From positions 3,720,001-3,784,000 of the forward strand of contig CM106586.1 of NCBI GenBank assembly GCA_048013815.1: a stretch of 64,000 nt of DNA, read 5' to 3'. This stretch comes from Setoptus koraiensis. Its lineage: Eukaryota > Animalia > Arthropoda. Position 1 is the stretch's first letter. Each line of letters begins with the position of its first letter. The notes under the pieces were generated by a model, which searched no databases, was not told the DNA's origin, and saw only the letters and a program-made list of their open reading frames with translations. Both the position numbers and the translations under genes were made by a program. Below, piece by piece: positions 1 to 9,280 of the stretch.

Positions 1-127
1 AGTTGCTTGATCTTAGCAACCTATATATAGTTTCTGTATCGAACATTCACAGTAAACAACGTCAACAAATGATTATCATGAAGGGCCACAATAAGAACTT
101 TGCAAGGAAAAATCATTTGGATCAACA

Positions 128-2403
128 ATGAAATATAATAAGAGATCACCATCACCACCAGGATGCAAAACTAATCGTTCTGATAAATATTCGATGAAAG
201 ATGTTACAGGAAATATTCAGTCTGATGCTACAAATACAACCATCGATGGACCCCCACAGGAATCAACAAAATCATCTAAGATGCCACCAGACCTATCCGA
301 TAATATAATCTCCAATACCCGCTCTTTTGATAGCAATAATAATAACAATAATAATAATAATAATAATAACACTAATCATAGCAGTAGCAAGAAACGTAAC
401 ACAGCCAGTTTAAGTACCTCATTAAGGAGACTATTTTCCATCACATTTAGAAGAGACAGGCAGCCTCATTTGAACACCAAAGATTATCAGCACAACTCGG
501 CAACCAAGTCTAGACTGTCAAACAAAAATCCGAATACAGCTAAAGAATCAACTGCGGATGGTGATACTCAGTATGACCAGAGTGTTAGATCTAATAGCAC
601 TTTGTGCATATATAGCAATATAGCAACAACGAGCTCCTCTTCAAGTGCTTCACTGGATACAACAAACCAAAACTCCATCAAGAAAATCATTGAATGTCCA
701 CTATGCGTCCTCCAAGTGTCAGATAGATCCGCACCTTACCTAGCAAGCTGTCGTCACAGAGTTTGTCTTGAGTGTATGCAACGTTATATCAAAAACGAAA
801 TCAATCATAGCAGGTTAAACATAACGTGCCCGGTATGCTCCGAATCTATTCATCCTAATTCAATCAAAACCATTCTTAATGATGAAAAATATTATCTTAA
901 GTATGAAAGTTTTATGCTCAGGAGAGTTTTGGCCGCGGAGCCTGATGCGAGATGGTGCCCTGCACCAGATTGTGGATATGTTGTGATTGCAAGTGGTAGG
1001 TTTCCTAGTAGCTCTTTTATTTACAATTGTAATCCAACAGTCATACTAACTACCTATTATTCTACCAATAACTATAACAGGTTGCGCCAGTTGTCCAAAG
1101 ATTGTTTGTGGCAAGGATGGTTGTGATACATCATTCTGTTATCATTGCAAGCAAGAATGGCATGCCAATCAGACTTGTAACGCTGCTAGAATTCAAAGGA
1201 ATATGAAAATCAACTACAGTGATCCAGAGTCTTCTACAAAGATCGAGAAACTATCACAGAATAATCGAGCTAGTCAACAAGCACCTATTAGAACCGACGA
1301 TATCAAAGAATGTCCAGTTTGCACTAGTAGCATCATCAAGATGAATGATGGATCATGCAACCATATGACATGTAGCATATGCGAAACTGAGTTCTGTTGG
1401 CTATGCATGAAAGAAATAACTGACCTACATTATTTCAGTCCGTCTGGTTGCACATTTTGGGGCAAAAAACCTTGGAGTCGTAAGAAGAAAATATTGTGGC
1501 AGCTAGGGCTGTTAGCAGGTGCTCCAATTTGTATAGTTCTAATGGCTGGTATAGCTGTCCCAGCCATAATCATCGGTATCCCAGTATGGTACGTAGCACT
1601 GCTAGAAAATCTTCCAAGTGCGCTCAACCTTTTTATTCGTTTTACTGACCCAACTTCTAATCACTTGAATGTAACTTGAATTCTTTTTCAGGGCCGGAAG
1701 AAAATTGTATAGTAGACTGGCTAGAGAACCAATGAGCAAGCGTAGGAAGCATGCTATAATTGTTGGTGGAGTTTTATTATCTATGGTAGTCTCTCCTCTT
1801 ATATCCGCTGTAGCCCTTTTCTTTGGAGTGCCAATTCTATTAGGATACGTCTATGGTGTTGTACCCGTTTCGCTCTGTCGCTCGGGTGGATGTGGATTAT
1901 CATACACTGAAAGTATAGAAAACTTTCAACATGAGCTGCAAAATCCAGTCCAAAAACAATCTAACAAGGGTAAATATAATATTGATATCAATACACTCCA
2001 GATCATCAGCCCCCCAATTAACAAGTTTGTTTTATTTTTCAACTTATCTCAATGAAAAATCTTGATTGTAGATGGTATCAGCATTGACACAGCTGTTAGT
2101 CACAAGCTTGGTGACCCCAGCATTGGCGAGACTTCGATATATTTGTCCAATGTATCGCTTGAGACCAATAGTATTGGCCACGTAACCACCGTAGATAGAG
2201 ATCGCGAAAGCGCCTCCAACGCTGCATTAGCCGGAAGTATAATAAGCAAATGTGACGATGGGAACAGTACTAGAGCTTTAGCTGGTTCGATCATGAGTAA
2301 AGAATCAGGAGATACGCTTGTTCCAGTAGAAGTACACGCCACAAGCACGAATGCAATTGTAGCAGCAACTGCACCACTCGCTTCCAAAATCTGTTGCCTC
2401 TGA
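128..2403 (+). CDS. RNF19: RBR E3 ubiquitin ligase RNF19A/B (dorfin)-like; exons 128-995, 1081-1588, 1692-1969, 2072-2403
   Basis: RING1 (CPLC...CRHRVCLEC...CPVC), IBR (WCPAPDC...CYHCKQEWH) and RING2 (CPVC...[11 protein letters not shown]...FCWLC), followed by two hydrophobic segments. Three GT-AG introns join the four ORF-track pieces in frame. Confidence 0.93.
335..370 (+). repeat. (AAT)n microsatellite encoding a poly-Asn tract in the RNF19 N-terminus
   Basis: Run of aat/aac codons seen directly in the ORF. Confidence 0.9.
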
Positions 2404-4099
2404 TGCACAGGGGAAATTATTGATTACTTTAATCAATAGTGTTAGTGACATTAATAGAGTGCAATAAAGATGAAGATAGAAGAATCAATCAATCTTGTTG
2501 ATTGAAGCCATCGATTTTTTTTTGCTATTAATAATCACACATTGTAAATTTATAGAATGGTAAACAGCAATCAATAACTACCACAGTGGTTGAATGATCA
2601 TGATTGTTACCTAGGAAACCATATTTTTATTGTCTACAAGATCATGCAAACTGCAAATATATGTACTAGTAATTAGTAGTTAATACAAATAATGTTCTAA
2701 AACTTGAACTCTAGTATATTTTTTGTTTATTATTATCTCGCACCAGAGGTATCACGATTGATTGTGATTAAAAATATTAGAAAAAGGTAAAAAGATTTCT
2801 TTTTATTCGCCCAACTCTTTGAGACCGGGAGAGGACAAGACCTGGATCTCGCCCATAGTAAGGAGCTAGAGAAGTTAAAGCTAGCTTCTTACTATTGTTT
2901 GGTTGCAATGTTCATTGACACATCCCATGATCGCTGCAACCTACCTACCATCGAAGCCTCGTGCAAATCAAAACTCTTTTGTCTGGCTAAGATGCCCTTC
3001 AGTGTTTTGAAAGGAGGAGTATATCGAAATTCGCGACTTGCAGCAGACATTATTTTGTATCAAAACTTTCGTAATCTTCAATTCATGCATCAGTTGGTAC
3101 AAAATCAGTACAAGCAGAAAGACGACCCCCTAAGCACGAAGCAACTCTTATAAAATAGCCGCTTGATCGATTTTTGATTGAGTAACCATGCTGATTATCT
3201 TTGCGCAGATCCTATGACGATAAACTTCATACAAACTACCCTAGCGATTTTACTGTATTTCGTTTACAACGATCCTGCATCGCATAATTTAAGATTGTTG
3301 TTTTAATTTTGCGAGAGGGGCACATTTCAAATGTACGAGAGAATAGTTAGTGTAGGAGCGGTGAGTATCAAGCATACTACGTTTAAAGCACACGCATAGT
3401 GATGTTAGCGTGGTGCCCTCAATTTCTCAGAGGAATGATAATTTATAATGAGGGTAATGTACGCCTGGAGTTCAACATTTTTCTAGTAGAAATGAGGGAG
3501 TCAAGTTCTAGGATGAATTTTGTTCATCAAGCTAGGCGTATGGGGACTCTTGAGTCATCTATAGTAACAAGCACAATTGATATCCGTGCCATATAGACAT
3601 CTCTATGCTGCTTCGCAATCTTTAACTTCTACCATGTGCTATCTAGCTAATCCGTGTATGATATGATAGTAGAATACGTAATGTTTATAATAAGTCAACT
3701 TAACAGCAAACTTTCTTATGCAAATTTTCTCAAGCTTGACTAACTTCATTGGCGACGCATGCATTGGAGTCTCAAGTAAGATTATGCTTGTTCCTTACAA
3801 GTCTGATGAGACAGCTCAGGCTTCGTTTCTATGTTTACGACCAAGCGGAAACATAGTAAAGTCTCTGCGATTATATAATGTAGATGGTGAAAAACAATTC
3901 TGTGATGAAAGTTACATCTAACTTGCTCGAATAAATATAAACTTACAACAACTTTAGTCTTGATAACGATTGAGAGCAACGAATCAACTGCAAGTATTCA
4001 CATCGAACCAAGATAATTCAACAAGTTCACTTTGAAAACGAATCAGAGACGACATAATTGTTTCAAGATAAAATAATCCCGAAAAAAGAATAAATAAAG

Positions 4100-4861
4100 A
4101 TGTCGAGTGTAAGTGCAAATTGAATCTTGTTAACAACTAAATGATACCCACTCATTCCGACCCTTTCATTCGATGATTTATAAAATATTTCAATTGTGTC
4201 AATTATATCCATAACTCTCTCAGGGAAAGACAAGAACCGAGTCGAAGAAGAGAGCAGTTAGGAGCACATCAAATGTGTTTGCTATGTTCACCCAAAATCA
4301 GATTGCAGAGTTCAAAGAGGCCTTTTCATTCATTGATTCTGATAAGGATGGACTGATCAACAAGAATGATCTTGCGGTTACGTTTGATGCTTTGGGTCGT
4401 TTGGTTAAAGATGACGATCTTCGTCAAATGCTTGAAGAAGCTCCAGGTCCAATAAATTTCACCATGTTTCTAGGTATCTTTGGCGATAAGATAGCCGGTA
4501 AGTAATCAGTAGATTTTCAAACATCTAGTAATTTTGTTTTGGTTACCATAGTTGCTTTGAACATCTATATCTCTAGCTTTGAACAGAAACACTAACAAGA
4601 CTTTATTTCATCACTGTAGGAACCGACGACGAAGGTGTCATCAAGAATGCATTAAAAACATTCGACGAGAATGATACGGGCAAAGTGAGCGAAGAAAAAC
4701 TACGAAAGTGTCTAACCACCTGGGGCAACAAACTTACTGATGACGAGATTGATTCTACATTTGCAGAGACACCAATCGATCGTCAGGGACAGGTTGATAT
4801 CGAGGGTCTGGTCCGCTTGATAACCGGAAGAGCACAAGATGATCAAAAGGAGGGAGCTTAA
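4100..4861 (+). CDS. Mlc2: Myosin regulatory light chain 2 (muscle type); exons 4100-4108, 4224-4497, 4620-4861
   Basis: Spliced product [48 protein letters not shown]...APGPINFTMFL...GTDDEGVIKNALKTFD...; EF-hand and regulatory-light-chain signature; canonical donors (gtaagt) and acceptors. Confidence 0.93.
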
Positions 4862-4993
4862 TCTAATTGAAATTTCGTTAAGAAAAGAAAATTAACAGTT
4901 TTGACTGCCATGTCATTATTATTTATAAGAAAAATAAAGAGTTCTCCTTGACAATTTAAATTTATTTGTGCCTTTTGTTTTATTCTAACATGG

Positions 4994-5400
4994 CACTTGG
5001 ATCTAGAACCTTTGACATCTCTTCAGAATATATTGATGCACCTCAGTTCGTTGCCGACTGTGTTTCTAGCAAAAACTGCTCATTTAAGAGAGCCGAAATT
5101 CTCAAGAGAGTTTTATAATCATGCTTAACCCGATGATACCGCATTTTTCTGAGGAACTCTGGGTCATATTCAAAGAGTAGCGGAGAGAGAATTTCCAGTA
5201 TACGGATGAAAATTTGTCTGGAACGTTGGCTTGTGAGCAATCATGGCCGACTCCCGATATTGGCTATGAATTTCCAATACAAACTAAATTTGGAACATCT
5301 AAGACTTAGCTATAAGTTTTGTTTATTTTATTAACTATCAAGGATCGAACTCAATGAATGGTCTTCAAGTCCTCACTGCACAATAAGCCGATTTGCAGTA
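4994..5400 (+). pseudogene. Relic A: internally deleted LARS2 copy (5' end fused to 3' end) plus the 3' tail of the convergent tankyrase
   Basis: 4994-5106 resembles ~9240-9355. 5105-5352 matches ~11473-11720 except a TAT>TAG stop. 5340-5400 resembles the tankyrase 3' end at 17680-17740. Confidence 0.9.
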
Positions 5401-5519
5401 TTCGAGGGTTGTTATGTGTGTGCTACTCTGTCGGACGCTGAGCATGCTTGCAAGTTAGCGAGAACATGTGATCTGTCGATGAAATATTCATTGCCCCTCG
5501 GCCCACATCAGCATTTACA

Positions 5520-6272
5520 ATGTTTATCACCAAGGTATTTCACCATTCATGCAGACCAGTTTTAAAACAGGTCATGGCAAGAGGGAAACCTATATTAAAT
5601 GGCTGCCAGAGTAGATTTGCGACAAGCAACATATGTGATGGATCCAGCACCAAACAACGACCATACTCGATATTCAATAGAGACTATCATCTAACAAGAA
5701 AACAAAAAGAACTCGGCGATATGAAGGCAGAAATAGAGGCCAATTGGACACCAATCTATAGATTCCCTTACATAGTACATGCCAGATTATTTGCAAGGTT
5801 CAAATTGTTTCAAGGTATAGGTACATTTGTTTTCTGGTCATACTCTTCTTTGGCGTATATCTTTGGAAAGCTCTCATATGCTAGTATGGCTTATAATTGT
5901 AGTGCCAGTTTCATGGCTTTCGTTACTGTGATTTTGGTTGGCAACTTGACCAGAAAGCTCATAGGAGCGATCTATGTCAACAGAAATATGGATCAAGTAA
6001 GACTGGCTAGATTGACATTCTTTGGAGGACGCGAGGACATTGTTGTACCCTCTCAGTCCATTGGTGACCTTTCAGATACCAACATAGATTTGAGGAGGCC
6101 GTACCTCAAGTTGAAATTTATCAATCCAGAAAACTTCAAAGATGATCCTGAATTGTTTCATGAAAGGTTTAATTTAGCGCTGAGATATGGCGGTATGTTG
6201 GATGAAGAGAAGTTTCGGAAAGTATTCGGCTCCATCATGGACGAAATACGCACCTCTCGAAGATATCGATAA
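5520..6272 (+). CDS. TMEM186: Mitochondrial inner-membrane protein TMEM186-like (intronless)
   Basis: Basic/hydroxylated presequence-like N-terminus, motif WTPIYRFPYIVHARLFARFKLFQ, two TM segments, then the RLARLTFFGGRED motif typical of the TMEM70/186/223 family. Confidence 0.8.
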   Translation: MFITKVFHHSCRPVLKQVMARGKPILNGCQSRFATSNICDGSSTKQRPYSIFNRDYHLTRKQKELGDMKAEIEANWTPIYRFPYIVHARLFARFKLFQGIGTFVFWSYSSLAYIFGKLSYASMAYNCSASFMAFVTVILVGNLTRKLIGAIYVNRNMDQVRLARLTFFGGREDIVVPSQSIGDLSDTNIDLRRPYLKLKFINPENFKDDPELFHERFNLALRYGGMLDEEKFRKVFGSIMDEIRTSRRYR

Positions 6273-6341
6273 GATTTTTGAACATATTATATAGTGTTTT
6301 ATTTATCAAACTCAAAAAGAAAATCGTAATAATAAACACAA

Positions 6342-7130
6342 TTAAGGCAGTGTCTGATGGGGGAACTGATCTTTTGGTGTATGGAATTGTGTCTCCTTGA
6401 AAACGGTCCAAATTCCATAAAACCATATAACGAAAGAAGTGAAGCCCGTCACAAGAGCTACGTTCAGGCCCTTCCACTCGGGCTCTGATATTAGATTGCA
6501 AATCACTCCGGGTGGTGTTTGGCACAAAACTTGCTGGACTGCCGGGAATGTGATACTGGCTTTTAGGTGACTAACTCCGGAGGCAAATGCACATGATGCT
6601 GTAAACCAGAATAGACAAATTACTGCTGTACCAAATAGGTCGGACAAAGGTAACATGGGTATGGAAGCGTATGTGTGTGAAAACAACAGGTATGTAATGA
6701 TGGCAATAAACGAAAGCAGCATCGCAAAGACGCCAGTGGCCACAAAAAATTGTGGAGAACTTGAGAGTCCGGTATCAGGTTTATAAGTGATATTCGGTGT
6801 AGAGCATGTACTGTTTATCGAGTCGGCCATATTGAAAGGATATCTTATGGCATATTCCTTAGTTATTGGTGGCACTGGCACTGGAGTTGGTGGTGCAAGC
6901 GTTGTTGTTGTGGTGGACGAGCCATTGGTTGGCGTCGGCGCTGGTGTCGGCGGTGGAGTCGGCGTGACAGGTGCCGGACAGATGATGTTGAATTTCAGCG
7001 TTGTTTCAAAGTTTGATACGCTTGAAAAGGCGATAATGGCGAACAACAACTGGAGCCATCTGACCATGCCCCGGGTTTCTTTGAACACCACCCTAGTGTT
7101 CATGTTTTGGACAATGTTGTCCATATCCAT
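6342..7130 (-). CDS. Synaptophysin/synaptoporin-like MARVEL tetraspan vesicle protein (intronless)
   Basis: FKETRG..RWLQLLFAIIAFSS, YPF in loop 1, SSSPQFFVATGVF, a WF.AS.A.A.G motif and four TM segments. Confidence 0.82.
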   Translation of the reverse strand: MDMDNIVQNMNTRVVFKETRGMVRWLQLLFAIIAFSSVSNFETTLKFNIICPAPVTPTPPPTPAPTPTNGSSTTTTTLAPPTPVPVPPITKEYAIRYPFNMADSINSTCSTPNITYKPDTGLSSSPQFFVATGVFAMLLSFIAIITYLLFSHTYASIPMLPLSDLFGTAVICLFWFTASCAFASGVSHLKASITFPAVQQVLCQTPPGVICNLISEPEWKGLNVALVTGFTSFVIWFYGIWTVFKETQFHTPKDQFPHQTLP

Positions 7131-7440
7131 TTAACCTGATTGATTTGCTGGTGTTTTTTTTTTGGAAATTTTGCTTCAATTGGCGATAACAATTGTAGTG
7201 AAATGATTGTTTTATGGCGATGCTCGCTGCGAGGTGTGTCTCGAATGGAGACTCTTGACGTTGTGTGGCACAGGAAACTGCTGACTAATATCCCATTGTT
7301 GTGTATAATCAGCGGCAATCAGTAGCTCGACTAATAAATGTGTAACAATGATTGTTTAACAATCAATATCTAGCAACAATTGCACTGCGGTGCACTAACA
7401 ATTGCAATTGCAATCGCAACTATCTCTCGCACTGGCGAAC

Positions 7441-7494
7441 TGAACTATACTTGCGAAGTGAACTATACTTGTGAAGTGAACTATACTTGTGAAG
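7441..7494. repeat. 18-bp tandem repeat x3 (TGAACTATACTTGYGAAG) in the synaptophysin/AATF divergent promoter region
   Basis: Three near-perfect units read directly. Confidence 0.9.
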
Positions 7495-8330
7495 TGCTGC
7501 TGCTGGGGAGGACGGAATCAGCACTGTCTCTCTTTTGCGCCGGGGCGTGCACTAGCGCCAATTAACTGTCTGTCAGGTGGTGCGCGAAAACAGCGAGACT
7601 ATTAAATATTGATTAGTTTGCCGTATGCATGCCGTGCAGACTGCATGATGCGGTGGTGCAAGCAGTTTCGCACAATTTACGGTGTCACAATTGCTGTGTG
7701 ACACCGTAAATTCTGCCCAAATACAACTGCACGCTAAATTGTGCACGCTGCACAATTGTGACTGAACAAACAAACCCACCGAGCGACCTCTACAGTGGCG
7801 ACGCCGAACTAAGCGCGCATTCATCAATAGTTCAACTGGTGCACGACACGTGCTCTCACAAACTAACAACTGAACACCTTATTGCTGGAGTCAGCAAAGA
7901 GATTCTCTCGATAATTTATCAACGATAAATCGCATTTTATTCAAACAAAACTCGGCTCCACTCGAGATATTCGCCGCCGCCCCCATTTGATACATTGCCA
8001 CAGCACACCGAAAGAGGCCGCTGGTGACCCCTCGAAGGAATCGTGCAATAGCCAATGCCCCAATCTCATCGCCCATTGAATGCCCCAGGAGAACCCGCCG
8101 CGATTCAATCCAAACACCAACCGGAGAAAAGGACAATCCGTGACCCTTTTCAAGTCATCGCCAGAACAGGCATCGTAAGAGAACAAAACCACTGTTGAAC
8201 GGTTCAACTTGAACCACGTGGAATCGAATTTGGCGCATATAAAGTGCAAATTGTCCGCGAAAATAGGCGAGAAACCATATGAGGCGACATTTAGAGGCAC
8301 GCGACGTTTAGATACACTTTACTGTACGAA

Positions 8331-9083
8331 ATGGACCAAAAGGCCATCGACGCCAAGAGGCAGTTACTCATTTGGAGCAGGCTGCTAGAGGGACGTATTC
8401 AGTTGCAGAATTTGTTGGCCGCAACCAACAAATTGACTTCGGATGCCACAAACCAAGATCATCCTGCCGTGAGATCTATCAGCAAATTATTAAATACACT
8501 CATAAGATTAAGATGCACACTCGCCAGCAAAAGCCAAATCGCTGATGACATTCAAGATGACAATGAATTGTTCGAAAACGAAATCACCGAGGCCAATCTA
8601 AGGAACCTTCATGAAAAGCACAAAGAGATTAGAAATGCAATTATTGATAAATGGTATGAAAAGACAAAAATAGGCGCAATACCAAGGAAAGGCTATACGG
8701 CGCTTGAGTTGTCTCCTCTACAATTGATAGAGCATGCTTTGCGTGACAAACAGAGGCTCCTAAGAAGAACCAAACTAAACAGAGCGACACTCATCGACGA
8801 AGACTATAATCCTGAAATTTTCAATGATGACGATTTCTATCACCAACTTCTTAAAGAGACTATAAGCAAGGACGAAAACCGTAGATGGGTAGAACTCCAG
8901 AGGGCAAGAGGCAAATCTAAGAGAAAAGTTGACACAAGGGCCAGTAAAGGACGTAAGATTAGAATGAAATCTCATCCAAAATTAGTCAATTTCATGGCTC
9001 CTAGAAATATTCATGACCAAGACTCACTTTCTGAAGAAATAAAAACGGAATTGCTGTCGTCTTTGTTCGGAAATAAAAGTTAA
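8331..9083 (+). CDS. AATF: AATF/Che-1/Bfr2 (SSU processome factor), shortened form
   Basis: IWSRLLEGRIQLQ (AATF-Che1 domain), IFNDDDFYHQLLKE and KVDTRASKGRKIR...KLVNFMAP (TRAUB domain). Confidence 0.9.
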   Translation: MDQKAIDAKRQLLIWSRLLEGRIQLQNLLAATNKLTSDATNQDHPAVRSISKLLNTLIRLRCTLASKSQIADDIQDDNELFENEITEANLRNLHEKHKEIRNAIIDKWYEKTKIGAIPRKGYTALELSPLQLIEHALRDKQRLLRRTKLNRATLIDEDYNPEIFNDDDFYHQLLKETISKDENRRWVELQRARGKSKRKVDTRASKGRKIRMKSHPKLVNFMAPRNIHDQDSLSEEIKTELLSSLFGNKS

Positions 9084-9280
9084 ACTTAGATTAAAATTTA
9101 GTTAACTCTAACTGATCTGGGAGACCTCAAATTGAGGAACCTCATCGAGACGGCTTTACAAATTTGCCGCTCTCTAGAAGAACAAATCAAAACAAAAAAA
9201 AACACGTTTATGTCACGTTTTTGAGCCACGTTTTATCACACTCGGATCTAAAACCTTTGACATCTCTTCATAATGTATTG

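Noticed and set aside
3800-3860. Hammerhead-ribozyme-like words CTGATGAG ... GAAAC
   Set aside because: Stem II cannot close (no G-C pair flanking the core) and no stem I/III with an NUH site could be built.
2410-4000. Short ORFs and a strong donor (gtgagt at 3361) between RNF19 and Mlc2
   Set aside because: Every acceptor tried gave an immediate stop, and no domain similarity was recognised.
7891-8136. 81-aa minus-strand ORF with GHSMG and LFRCAVA, reminiscent of an alpha/beta-hydrolase nucleophile elbow
   Set aside because: Too short, motif spacing is off, there are no other hydrolase motifs, and it lies in a divergent promoter; probably chance.
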